In this document: positions 42,798 through 53,004 of the stretch, one piece after another
How positions within the stretch are numbered: the stretch's first letter is position 1
Layout of the letters: the number at the start of each line of letters is the position of its first letter
Assembly: GCA_934098435.1 (NCBI GenBank)
Contig: CAKOOV010000001.1
Location: 118,185-182,184, forward strand
Source of the DNA: an uncultured Bacilli bacterium
GTDB taxonomy: Bacteria > Bacillota_I > Bacilli_A > RF39 > UBA660
Direction of reading: 5' to 3'
DNA: 64,000 bases
Notes under the pieces: generated by a model
Seen by the model: the letters and a program-made list of their open reading frames with translations, nothing else
The model's database searches: none
Told to the model about the DNA's origin: nothing
Translations under genes and position numbers: made by a program

Positions 42798-44051
42798 TTA
42801 TTCAGCAGCATCTTTTACTGTTATTTCATTATCCATTTTTTGTACTACTGCTTTATATGTATTATATACTTCTTTATAGTTTGGTAAATATTCTTTGATT
42901 TTTGGGTTAGAGAATGGTATTATTTTGAAATTACGCCATGTTGATTGATTATAATAGTTATATAGTAATTCATTTTCTACGTTTGTTATTTTTATGCTTG
43001 TTTGATTGTCTTTTATGTCTTTTTCTATTTTTAAACTGGTCATTAGTTCTGTTGTGCATTTATAGTTTGTACATGTACTTTTATTTTGATATTGTGCTGA
43101 TATAAAATTACCTAATGAATATATTACTAATGTATCATCTATCCACGTCACTGGTTGTATTACATGCGGATGTGTACCTATTATTAGATTTACTCCTAAT
43201 GATGCTAAATATGATGCCATATCTTTTTCATATGCTGTTGGTTCATGGGTATATTCTACCCCCCAATGCATTGCTACTATTAGAAAATCTACTTTGTCTT
43301 TTACTTTATCTATATCTTCTTTTACTTGTTTTTTATATGCTTGATATTTTGTGTCTTTTTCTGGATTGTTTATATTATCTATATCGGTTGGCCATACGTT
43401 TACTAGATAATCATTTGGTACTGGCATTCCATTTGTTCCATATGTATAATTTAGCATCGTATATTTTATGTTGTTTATTTCCTTTATGTTTATTTTGTTT
43501 CGTTCTTCTTCACTGCAGTAACTTCCTGCTGTTAATACATTTTCTTTTGATTGCCAATATTTGCATGAATTTTCTACGGCTTTTTTTCCACTATCCATAG
43601 TATGGTTTGTTGCTAGACTTACTAAATTGAAACCTGCATCTAACATGGCATCTCCAGCTTCATATGGTGAATTAAATGTTGGATAGTCTGATAATCCTAA
43701 TTCTGTTCCACCTAATATTGTTTCTTGATTATAGTATGCTATATCGTAATTAGATACTATTTCTTTTATGTCTGAAATCATTGGTTTGAAGTCATATCCA
43801 TTTCCATTTGCTAAACGATTGGCGTCTTTATAAACTGATGAATGAATTAGATAATCACCTACTGCTATTAGTGATGCTTCATAATGCTTGGTTTCGTTTT
43901 TATTTATTATATTTGGCTTAGTATTTGATTTGTTATTATTTTCTGGTTTTATTACTATATAACTTATTATTGCTATTAATGCTATAATAAATATTATTAA
44001 GAATATTTTAAATCCTTTTTTTAATTTTCTTCTTTTTCTTTTTTTTGTCAT
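42798..44051 (-). CDS. CapA-family metallophosphatase-fold protein, membrane anchored
   Basis: Basic N-terminus plus TM. AVGDYLIHSSVY, ATNHTMDSG, MHWGVEYTHEP and GTHPHVIQP. Confidence 0.7.
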   Translation of the reverse strand: MTKKRKRRKLKKGFKIFLIIFIIALIAIISYIVIKPENNNKSNTKPNIINKNETKHYEASLIAVGDYLIHSSVYKDANRLANGNGYDFKPMISDIKEIVSNYDIAYYNQETILGGTELGLSDYPTFNSPYEAGDAMLDAGFNLVSLATNHTMDSGKKAVENSCKYWQSKENVLTAGSYCSEEERNKINIKEINNIKYTMLNYTYGTNGMPVPNDYLVNVWPTDIDNINNPEKDTKYQAYKKQVKEDIDKVKDKVDFLIVAMHWGVEYTHEPTAYEKDMASYLASLGVNLIIGTHPHVIQPVTWIDDTLVIYSLGNFISAQYQNKSTCTNYKCTTELMTSLKIEKDIKDNQTSIKITNVENELLYNYYNQSTWRNFKIIPFSNPKIKEYLPNYKEVYNTYKAVVQKMDNEITVKDAAE

Positions 44052-44131
44052 TTTTAATCACTACCTTACTTATTTATAGTATAACAAAATTACTTAGTTT
44101 TGTAAATAAAAAGCTTAGTTATTAACTAAGC

Positions 44132-45163
44132 TTATGGTATTAATCCCCATCCTGTTACAACATATCTTCCACCTTGTTTTTTTGCTGCTGCAGGGGGATT
44201 ATTATATAATTTATTTTCTATTACTAATGATGATGATTGTCCTCCATCAAGATTGGCTGCATTATATGCGCCATATCTTTCTAATACGTCTACCATATCT
44301 TGAAGGCTAGCACCATTGATATAGTTTTCTCCGTCTACTACTAAAAATAACATAATTCCATCTTTTGTTTGCCCTATAGCAACTCTTGGAGCTTGTCCCC
44401 AAGGATCTCCTACTATTTCTAGTGGTTTGCCATTGACTATTAAGAATGGTCCAAATACCATACCTTCATATACTCCTGCTTCGAGAGCTTCATTGCCTGT
44501 GGCATTTGTCATTAATTTTAATTTTCCGTCTTTGGTTATGCCTATTATGTTTTCTCTTGCAGAGTCTGCTACTTCAGAAGCCCAAGTTATTTTTCCATTT
44601 TGAATTACATATCCGGTTGGAATATCTGAACCCATACCATTGTCATAGAATCCGCCACCATTTATACATACTTTTCCATTATATCTTTGGCACATTGTGA
44701 TAATTCTTTCACCATAGCCACCTACGTTGAATTGTTTTGTTGATATTAGTTTTACTTTTTCTGGTTCATATATTGCTACTAAATATCCGTTTGATGTTCC
44801 TATTTTTAGATTTATTACTTTATATAAATCATTTCCTGGGTCTCTTGTAAACAATTCTTCTTCATATTTATCTTTATATTTTGTTTTTTCTTTAGTGTTT
44901 ATTATTACATCGTCAGTATTGGCATCTTCTTCTATGGATACAAAATAGTTACTATTCATTATATTTTCTATTGTTTTATCACTATAAAATATTTTAGCAA
45001 AATATTGGTGATGCATTGTTTTCATGGCGGTATTTACATACATATTTCTTACTTTGTCCCATGGTCCATACATTATGAAGAAACAGATTGCAGCACATAA
45101 ATCTAATATTATAAATAATATAGTTGTTTTGTATATTTTTCTTTTTTGTCTTTTTCTTGTCAT
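44132..45163 (-). CDS. Phosphodiester glycosidase (NAGPA/DUF2233) family protein, membrane anchored
   Basis: Basic N-terminus plus TM. CINGGGFYDNG and AANLDGGQSSSLV. Confidence 0.65.
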   Translation of the reverse strand: MTRKRQKRKIYKTTILFIILDLCAAICFFIMYGPWDKVRNMYVNTAMKTMHHQYFAKIFYSDKTIENIMNSNYFVSIEEDANTDDVIINTKEKTKYKDKYEEELFTRDPGNDLYKVINLKIGTSNGYLVAIYEPEKVKLISTKQFNVGGYGERIITMCQRYNGKVCINGGGFYDNGMGSDIPTGYVIQNGKITWASEVADSARENIIGITKDGKLKLMTNATGNEALEAGVYEGMVFGPFLIVNGKPLEIVGDPWGQAPRVAIGQTKDGIMLFLVVDGENYINGASLQDMVDVLERYGAYNAANLDGGQSSSLVIENKLYNNPPAAAKKQGGRYVVTGWGLIP

Positions 45164-46500
45164 TATTTAGCCTCCAGTGGACTATTTTGCGAGCCGTCAC
45201 CACTAGTTAGTATTTCTTTATTAATTGTTATTACTGGGACTATCTTTAATTTGCTTGAAGCACTCTTAGTATATAGTTTGAAGTCATTTGTCATTACGTA
45301 TATTAGACTACTATTTGAATCTATACCAGTTGATAAGAAATAGTTCGTATTATCTGAATTTATGATGATATCTCCTACACTTAATACTGATACTTTTGTT
45401 GATATTGTTTTATTTAATACTTTTGTGTAGTCATAATCCGTTGTATTACTATATATTCCATTTGGATAATTAGCTTCTATTATGCTATTATTATAGGTTA
45501 GTTTTGATAGATAGTTTTTATTTAAATAATAGGCTAATGTTCCTTGCTTTGTATCGTTATGATAGTATCCTTTGTCTGAATATTTATATGTTATTTCTTC
45601 GTTGTTTATTTTTAAATAATTATCTAGTGATAATTTTAGTGTATTATCTTCTATACTATATACTCGCCATGTATCATTACCTAATTTTACGTAGCTTCCT
45701 AACATACTTTGTTCTTCTTCAAATGTATATGGATTTTCTTTTGTTCCATTGCCATCTAATAATTTATTTGTGCTTTTTAGTGTTATTACTGGTTTTATTC
45801 CTAATATATCTGTATTATCTGAATTTGTTACTCCACCATTATCATTTATATACCATGTTTTATTATCTTTACTAGTATTTAACAGGTAATAGTATGTTTC
45901 ATTATTCATAAAACTTTTTGTGTCTCCAGTATTTATATAGTCATATAGCGACGGTATTGTTATTAGTGTATCTTTTAGTGTCTCTTTACATGTGATGTTT
46001 TTGGTATTATCTATTTTGTCACTACATGAATTTGTGTATGTTAGATATTTGCTTGGGTTATTTAGATTGTTTTCTAAGATACCTGTATTTTCTTTATTTA
46101 AATTATTTAACCAATTATTTATATATGATGAGTTATAATTATTATTATTTCCTTTGGCTAAAGATGTTATTGGTTTATCTGATACTATTGTTATTGTATT
46201 ATCTTTATTTATTTTTATTATTCTAAAGATTATATTTGAATATTTTATATAGTTATTTACGTCTTTTCCTGTAAAATAATAGTCGCCATTTATGTTTTTT
46301 AATGTTTCGTTATTATTGTCTTTTATGTTGTCTGCTAGTACTTTTATTTCTTCTTTTTTATTGTTTTCTAAATATAGTTTTATGAATCTTGTACCATAAA
46401 ATATAATACATGCTAATATGAATGTAAAACTTATTAAATTAAATATTTTTTGCCAATTTAGTTTTCTTTTTTTTCTTACTACTTTTACTTCTTTATTCAC
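45163..46500 (-). CDS. Hypothetical N-rich membrane-anchored extracytoplasmic protein with two repeated modules
   Basis: GTG start after AAGGGATGA. Signal anchor. Two modules end in GIKPVITLKSTNKLLDGNGTKENPY and LKIVPVITINKEILTSGDGSQNSP. The stop overlaps the next start by 1 nt (TAATG). Confidence 0.5.
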   Translation of the reverse strand: MNKEVKVVRKKRKLNWQKIFNLISFTFILACIIFYGTRFIKLYLENNKKEEIKVLADNIKDNNNETLKNINGDYYFTGKDVNNYIKYSNIIFRIIKINKDNTITIVSDKPITSLAKGNNNNYNSSYINNWLNNLNKENTGILENNLNNPSKYLTYTNSCSDKIDNTKNITCKETLKDTLITIPSLYDYINTGDTKSFMNNETYYYLLNTSKDNKTWYINDNGGVTNSDNTDILGIKPVITLKSTNKLLDGNGTKENPYTFEEEQSMLGSYVKLGNDTWRVYSIEDNTLKLSLDNYLKINNEEITYKYSDKGYYHNDTKQGTLAYYLNKNYLSKLTYNNSIIEANYPNGIYSNTTDYDYTKVLNKTISTKVSVLSVGDIIINSDNTNYFLSTGIDSNSSLIYVMTNDFKLYTKSASSKLKIVPVITINKEILTSGDGSQNSPLEAK

Positions 46501-46620
46501 TTCATCATCCCTTTTCTATCTATAATATTATATCAAAGGTTTTTATTTTTTACAAGACTATGAATTATTAATTTACTAAAATGAATTTTAATGTTATAAT
46601 GAAAATGTGAAGGTGATTTA

Positions 46621-46815
46621 ATGAAATATAATTTGGGTGATATTGTTGTTATGAAGAAAAATCATCCGTGTGGTACTAATGAATTTGAGATTATTAGGGT
46701 AGGGGCGGATATTAAGATAAAATGTGTTAATTGCGGTAGAATTATTATGCTACCTAGAATTGATTTTAATAAAGGAATAAGAAAGGTGATTGTTAATGAA
46801 AAAAAAGAAAAATAA
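46621..46815 (+). CDS. DUF951 (YyzM-like) small protein
   Basis: GDIVVMKKNHPCGTNEFEIIRVGADIKIKCVNCGR closely parallels B. subtilis YyzM. ychF lies close by (two genes downstream here), recalling its ychF proximity in Bacillus. Confidence 0.75.
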   Translation: MKYNLGDIVVMKKNHPCGTNEFEIIRVGADIKIKCVNCGRIIMLPRIDFNKGIRKVIVNEKKEK

Positions 46816-48340
46816 GGTTAGATTACATCCTGCTTTAGTATTTTTGATACTTACTCTTTTGGTTATGATTATTAGTTGTTTGGGTAAGATTCTTAATCTT
46901 GAGGCAAGCTATTATTCTGTTAACGAAGTTACTGGTGATTTGACTAGCCAGGTTGTTACTATTAATAATTTGTTTAATAGAACTGGTCTTCAGTATTTGA
47001 TAAGTAACATGCTTAATAATTTTATTAATTTTGCTCCTTTGGGTAATTTGATTGTAGGACTTTTGGGAATTGGTGTTGCTTATAAATCTGGTTTTCTTAA
47101 TGCTTTGTTTAAAATGATTGCTGAGAAGGTACCTAGACGTTTTATTACTTTTATGGTTGTTTTTCTTGGTATTTTGTTTTCAATGATTTATGAGGTTGGT
47201 TATGTTATTTTAATTCCTTTAGCTGCTATTTTATTTATGAACTTGGGAAGACATCCTGGTGCGGGTATTTGTGCTGCTTTTTCTGGTATTACTTTTGGTT
47301 ATGGTGCTAATTTTATTATTAATAGGTTTGATAGTACTTTGGTTAGTTATGCTAGTAAGTCTGCGAAGATTCTTGATAGTTCTTATGCTATTCATTTAAC
47401 TGGTAATATTGTTTTTACTACCATTAGTACAATACTTCTTGCTTATGTTGGTATGGTTATTACTGAAAGATTTATTATTCCTAAACTTGGTAAATACTAT
47501 TTTGATGAAGAGGAACCATCTCAAAATGGTATCGTTAGTAAAAAGGAAAGAAAGGGGGTTATTCTTTCTCTTGGCGCTACTTTTATAGTTTTGTTATTTT
47601 TGGCCTATTGTTTAATTAAGGGACTTCCTTTCTCAGGTTTATTACTTGATTTGAGTCAAAATAGTTATGTTGATATGTTGTTTGGAGCTGATTCTTATTT
47701 TTATAAAGGTTCTGTTACTATATTTTCTTTTATACTTATGTTTAGTGGTCTTGTATATGGTATTAGAGTTGGTAGTATTACTAATAATAGGGATTTTGTT
47801 GATGGTATGAGTTATTATCTAAAAGATGTTGCTTCTTTACTTGTTCTTATATTTTTTGCAGCACAGTTTTGTTTGATTTTTAAGGAAACTAACATTGGTT
47901 TATTTATTGTTGCATCGTTTTCTGAACTTCTTAATGGTATGCAGCTATCTGGTCTCTCACTTGTTATTATTACTTTTTTGATTGTTTCTATATCTTCATT
48001 TTTTGTTCCTATGGGTTCTACTAAATGGGCTATGTTATCTCCTGTTATTGTTCCTATGTTTATGCAGGCGAGTATGACTCCTGAGTTTGCAATGGCAGTG
48101 TTTAGAGCTGCTGATAGTAGTGTTAAAGGTGTTACTCCTGTATTTAGTTATTTTGTTATTCTTATTGGCTTTTTACATATTTATAATAAAAGAAAAAATG
48201 ATGTTATTACTATTACTGATGCTATGAGTTTGATGGCTCCTTATACTATTGCTTTTAGTATTTTATGGTTTATTATTATTTTGGCTTTTTATATTATGGG
48301 TATTCCTATTGGTATTGAAAGGGGAGTTATGATTAATTAA
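46796..48340 (+). CDS. AbgT-family transporter (p-aminobenzoyl-glutamate/antimetabolite efflux family)
   Basis: About 515 aa and 12 or more TM segments. N-terminal LHPALVFLILTLL matches the AbgT N-terminal pattern from memory. Confidence 0.55.
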   Translation: MKKKKNKVRLHPALVFLILTLLVMIISCLGKILNLEASYYSVNEVTGDLTSQVVTINNLFNRTGLQYLISNMLNNFINFAPLGNLIVGLLGIGVAYKSGFLNALFKMIAEKVPRRFITFMVVFLGILFSMIYEVGYVILIPLAAILFMNLGRHPGAGICAAFSGITFGYGANFIINRFDSTLVSYASKSAKILDSSYAIHLTGNIVFTTISTILLAYVGMVITERFIIPKLGKYYFDEEEPSQNGIVSKKERKGVILSLGATFIVLLFLAYCLIKGLPFSGLLLDLSQNSYVDMLFGADSYFYKGSVTIFSFILMFSGLVYGIRVGSITNNRDFVDGMSYYLKDVASLLVLIFFAAQFCLIFKETNIGLFIVASFSELLNGMQLSGLSLVIITFLIVSISSFFVPMGSTKWAMLSPVIVPMFMQASMTPEFAMAVFRAADSSVKGVTPVFSYFVILIGFLHIYNKRKNDVITITDAMSLMAPYTIAFSILWFIIILAFYIMGIPIGIERGVMIN

Positions 48341-48431
48341 GATATAAGAAATTATATCTTTTTTTTGTTTATTATTGTTTATTTTATCTTTGATATTTGT
48401 TATAATAGTCTGGTAGAGGGAAGTGATATTA

Positions 48432-49529
48432 ATGAGTTTAACTGCTGGGATTGTTGGCCTTCCTAATGTTGGAAAGAGTACTTTATTTAATGCTATTACT
48501 AAAAAAAATATTTTGGCTGCTAATTATCCTTTTGCTACTATTGATCCTAATGTTGGTGTTGTTACTGTACCTGATAGTAGGCTTGTAAAATTAGAGGAAA
48601 TGTATATTCCTGATAGGACTATTCCTACTATTTATGAATTTACGGATATTGCAGGACTTGTAAAGGGTGCAAGTAATGGGGAAGGATTAGGTAATAAGTT
48701 TTTATCTCATATTAGAGAGGTTGATGCTATTGTTGAAGTTGTTAGGTGTTTTGATGATAATAATATTATTCATGTTGATGGAAATGTCGATCCTATTCGT
48801 GATATTGAGGTTATTAATGTAGAACTTATTTTATCTGATTTAGAGATTATTACATCTAGAATTAATAAGATTGGTAAAAAAGCTATGACTACTAAAAATA
48901 AGGATGATATTAAGGAAATAGAACTTTTGAATAAGATTAAAGATGGATTAGAAAAGAATATTCCTGCTAGAAAGTTAGGACTTGATGAGGAAGAAAAAAA
49001 GATAATTAGTTCATTTAATTTGATTACATTGAAACCTATTATTTATGCTCTTAATGTAGGTGAAAAAGACGTTTTAAATGGTAATTGTTATACTGAACGT
49101 GTTTCTTTATATGCAAAGAATGAGGGCTCTCTAACAGTTATATTATGTGCTAAATTAGAAAGTGAATTGTCTGAACTTAATGATGAGGATAAGAAGGAAT
49201 TTTTAAATGATATTGGTATTTCAAAGAGTGGACTCGATATGCTTATTCAAAAAACTTATGAATTACTTGGTCTCGCAACATTTTTTACTGTTGGTGCCGA
49301 TGAAGTTAGAGCATGGACCTTTAAAAAAGGTATGAAGGCTCCGGAATGCGCTGGTATTATTCATACTGATTTTCAAAAGGGTTTTATTAAGGCCGAAGTT
49401 ATGTCTTATGATGATTTGATTTCTGCTGGAAACGAAGCTAAAGTAAAAGAAAATGGTAAACTTAGAATTGAAGGCAAGGAATATATTATGCAAGATGGGG
49501 ATATTTGCCATTTTAGATTTAATTTATAG
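48432..49529 (+). CDS. ychF: Redox-regulated ribosome-binding ATPase YchF
   Basis: GIVGLPNVGKSTLFNA, DIAGLVKGAS and the C-terminal TGS-like RAWTFKKGMKAPECAGIIHTDF. Confidence 0.93.
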   Translation: MSLTAGIVGLPNVGKSTLFNAITKKNILAANYPFATIDPNVGVVTVPDSRLVKLEEMYIPDRTIPTIYEFTDIAGLVKGASNGEGLGNKFLSHIREVDAIVEVVRCFDDNNIIHVDGNVDPIRDIEVINVELILSDLEIITSRINKIGKKAMTTKNKDDIKEIELLNKIKDGLEKNIPARKLGLDEEEKKIISSFNLITLKPIIYALNVGEKDVLNGNCYTERVSLYAKNEGSLTVILCAKLESELSELNDEDKKEFLNDIGISKSGLDMLIQKTYELLGLATFFTVGADEVRAWTFKKGMKAPECAGIIHTDFQKGFIKAEVMSYDDLISAGNEAKVKENGKLRIEGKEYIMQDGDICHFRFNL

Positions 49530-49534
49530 GAGGA

Positions 49535-51322
49535 ATGATGAGGGATAGAAAAGATATTGATAAGAAGTATACATGGGATTTAGATAAAATTTATAGTAGT
49601 AGTGATTTATTTGATAACGATTATAATAAAGTAAAAGAATTTATTGCAGAACTTTCTTTATATGAAAATAATATGATGGATACTAGTAATAATTTTTATA
49701 ATACTTTGAAATTATCTTTTGATATTGAAAGAATTATTAATAAACTATATGTTTATGCTAGTTTATCTTTTGATTTAGATACTTCTGATAATAAAAAACA
49801 GGAAGTATGTGACAGGGTTAGTAATCTTTTGAATTTATATTCAAAGAGTAGTTATTTTATGATTCCTAGTATTCTTAAATGTGAGTATGATACTATTTTA
49901 AAATATTATGAAGAAGAACCTAAGCTTTATGAATATGACAGTTGTATTAAAGATATATATAGATATAAGGATCATACTCTTTCTGATTTAGAAGAGAAGC
50001 TTTTATCTAGTTTTGGAAAGGCGCTTGGTAATTCTTATGATACTTATGAATTATTTAAAGATTGTGATATGTCATTTGATGATATCTTAGATGAAAATGG
50101 AAATGTGGTTTCTCTTGATAATAGTAGTTATTCTTTGTATATAGAGAGTCGTGATAGGAATGTTAGAGAGAGAACTTTTAAGAGTTTGTATCGTGAATAT
50201 AAGAAGTATTCTAATACTTTTGCTTCACTTATTTCTAGCAATATGAAAGAATTATCTACTATTGCTAGTGTTAAGAAATATGACAGTGCTCTTTGTATGA
50301 GTTTATTTGCAGATGATGTTGATGTTAAGGTTTATAATAATTTGATAGATAGTGTTCATAAGAATATTGAATATTTATATGATTATTATGCACTTAAGAA
50401 GAGTATACTTGGATATGATGATCTTCATTTATATGATGTTTATACTCCTATTACTTCTAATTATGATAGGAAATTTGATTATGAAGAGGCTAAAAGTATT
50501 ATTCTTAGAGTTCTTGAGGTGTTTGGCGAAGAATATGTAAATAAGGTAAGAGAATATTTAGATGATAGAATAATTGATGTTTATCCTACTAAAAATAAGA
50601 GAACTGGTGGTTATTCTGGTGGTAGCTATGATACTGATCCTTATATACTTCTTAATTATCAGAATAAGTATAATGATATGTCTACTTTGATTCATGAAAT
50701 GGGACATTCTATGCATAGTTATTATTCTAGAAGTTATAATGAGTTTCAAAATAGTGAGTATCGTATTTTTGTAGCTGAAGTTGCTTCAACGGTTAATGAA
50801 TTATTGCTTAGTCATTATATGCTTGAAAATAGTGATAGTAAAGAAGAAAAATTATTTATTTTGAATAACTTAATGGAATTATATAAAGCTACTATATATA
50901 GACAAACTATGTTTGCGGAATTTGAAAGGGATATATCTAAAATTATAGATAGTGATGGTGCTTTGACTAGTGAGAAATTATCTAATATGTATTACGATCT
51001 TAATAAATTTTATTTTGGTGATAATGTTTATGTTGATGATGAGATTAGGTATGAATGGGAAAGAATACCACATTTCTACTATGATTTTTATGTATATAAA
51101 TATGCTACAGGGCTTAGTGCTGCTACTAAAATTGTAGACAATATTCTTAATAAAAAAGAAAATGCTGTAAGTAATTATATTGAGTTTTTAAAATGTGGTT
51201 CTAAATTATCTCCTTTAGAATCGCTTAAAGTTGCTGGTGTCAATCTTACTGATGATGAAGTTGTTACTTTGGCTCTTAAGACATTTGGTAATTATGTTGA
51301 TATGTATAAGAAAGAGATGTAA
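49535..51322 (+). CDS. pepF: Oligoendopeptidase F (M3B)
   Basis: HEMGH zinc motif within LIHEMGHSMHS. About 595 aa. Confidence 0.88.
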   Translation: MMRDRKDIDKKYTWDLDKIYSSSDLFDNDYNKVKEFIAELSLYENNMMDTSNNFYNTLKLSFDIERIINKLYVYASLSFDLDTSDNKKQEVCDRVSNLLNLYSKSSYFMIPSILKCEYDTILKYYEEEPKLYEYDSCIKDIYRYKDHTLSDLEEKLLSSFGKALGNSYDTYELFKDCDMSFDDILDENGNVVSLDNSSYSLYIESRDRNVRERTFKSLYREYKKYSNTFASLISSNMKELSTIASVKKYDSALCMSLFADDVDVKVYNNLIDSVHKNIEYLYDYYALKKSILGYDDLHLYDVYTPITSNYDRKFDYEEAKSIILRVLEVFGEEYVNKVREYLDDRIIDVYPTKNKRTGGYSGGSYDTDPYILLNYQNKYNDMSTLIHEMGHSMHSYYSRSYNEFQNSEYRIFVAEVASTVNELLLSHYMLENSDSKEEKLFILNNLMELYKATIYRQTMFAEFERDISKIIDSDGALTSEKLSNMYYDLNKFYFGDNVYVDDEIRYEWERIPHFYYDFYVYKYATGLSAATKIVDNILNKKENAVSNYIEFLKCGSKLSPLESLKVAGVNLTDDEVVTLALKTFGNYVDMYKKEM

Positions 51323-51351
51323 AAAAATATAACCAATGGTTATATTTTTTT
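51321..51351. terminator. Bidirectional terminator between pepF and the convergent small gene
   Basis: ATATAACC / GGTTATAT stem flanked by A7 and T7. Confidence 0.7.
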
Positions 51352-51775
51352 AATAAGTATTTATTAATTTGTTTATATAGGAATTTAATTCCTTTGAGTT
51401 TGTATAGTATTGTTCGCTTGTATTTGTAGATAATACGAAAGAATTTTCATCAATTAGTTTTATTGTTATATATTGTATTTGATTTTCTTTGGAATATGAT
51501 ATTGATAAATTATTATAGCATTTATCATTATCTCCGGTCCATGGCCCATTATCTGAAATATTATTTAGTTTGTTTGCTATTTCTTTTAATACTTCATTTG
51601 GGACTATTACTTCTTTTTCATTACAATTATTAATGGTTATTTGATAATTGTTTGATTTTTCTACTTCTTTTATCCAATTTATTTTACCTTTGCTATTTAC
51701 TGTTATTATTATTATTATTGTTATTATAAATATTGATAGTGTTGATAATATTATTATGTATTTTTTTTTATTCAT
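51350..51775 (-). CDS. Hypothetical membrane-anchored protein (141 aa)
   Basis: N-terminal KKK plus a hydrophobic anchor. No recognised domain. Confidence 0.45.
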   Translation of the reverse strand: MNKKKYIIILSTLSIFIITIIIIITVNSKGKINWIKEVEKSNNYQITINNCNEKEVIVPNEVLKEIANKLNNISDNGPWTGDNDKCYNNLSISYSKENQIQYITIKLIDENSFVLSTNTSEQYYTNSKELNSYINKLINTY

Positions 51776-51893
51776 TTTTACTCTCCTTATATTTTATAAT
51801 TTTATATTAACATTTAGTTTTGTTTATGTCAATATTTTGAGTTTAATCTTTATTTTTTTTGTTATTTCATGTATACTTATAGTAGGTGATTTT

Positions 51894-52989
51894 ATGGAAA
51901 TATTTGAATTAAAGAAGGAATACAAAAATCTTTATGATAGACTATTAAATATCAGGAGGTCTCTTTGACTTAGATAGTAAAATTAATAGAAAAAAAGAAA
52001 TAGAAGGGTTAATGCTTGATAGTTCTTTTTGGGATGATTCTGATAGAGCTAATGAGCTTACTTCGGAACTTAAAGGAATTAAGTTTGTTATTCAAAGTAT
52101 TAATAACTTAGATAATCATATTTCTAGTAATATTGATTTATTGAATGAGGTGGCAGATAATGAAGATGAATTATATGGACTTATTTTTGATGAATATATT
52201 GAACTTAAAAATGATGTTGATAAGCTTGAAATCCAAACTTATTTAAATGGTGAATATGATAATCTTAATGCTATTATTGAAATTCATGCTGGGGCAGGAG
52301 GTACTGAATCTTGTGATTGGGCTAATATGCTTTTTAGAATGTATTCTAGGTATGCTGATAAAAAAAATTATGGTTTTGTTTTACTTGATAAACAGGAAGG
52401 CGATGAGGCTGGTATTAAGTCTGTTATGTTTCAAATTAATGGTTTTAATGTATATGGGCGTTTAAAACATGAAAATGGTGTGCATAGACTTGTCAGAATT
52501 AGTCCGTTTGATTCTAATAAGAGAAGGCATACTTCTTTTGCTTCAGTGCTTGTTATGCCTGAAATTAATAAAAATATTGATGTTAAAATAGATGATAAAG
52601 ATCTTAGAATAGACATTTATAGAAGTAGTGGACCTGGGGGTCAAGGGGTTAATACTACTGATAGTGCTGTTAGAATTACACATATTCCTACGGGAATTGT
52701 AGTTACTTGTCAAAATGAAAGAAGTCAAATTAGGAATAAAGAAAAAGCTTTGGAAATTCTTAAAAATAAGCTTTATCTTGTTTTGCTTGATAAACAGAGT
52801 GATGATCTTAATGCTATTCGTGGCGAACAACTTACTAATGGTTGGGGAAGTGCTAAGCGCAGTTATGTAATGTGTCCATATACTTTGGTTAAGGATAATG
52901 ATTCTGGTTATGAAAATAGTAATGTTAATGATATACTTGATGGAAATATTGATGATATGATCCAGTATAATATTAAATTTAGCAAATAA
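51894..52989 (+). CDS. prfB: Peptide chain release factor 2, expressed via programmed +1 frameshift
   Basis: Frame 0 runs from ATG 51894 for 24 codons to an in-frame TGA at 51966-51968. AGGAGG-TCT-CTT-TGA-C spans 51954-51969. The +1 frame (GAC at 51967) continues LDLDSKINRKKEIEG into MLDSSFWDD. SPF and GGQ (SGPGGQGVN) motifs are present. Confidence 0.92.
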
Positions 52990-53004
52990 AAAGGTGGTGT
53001 TAGT

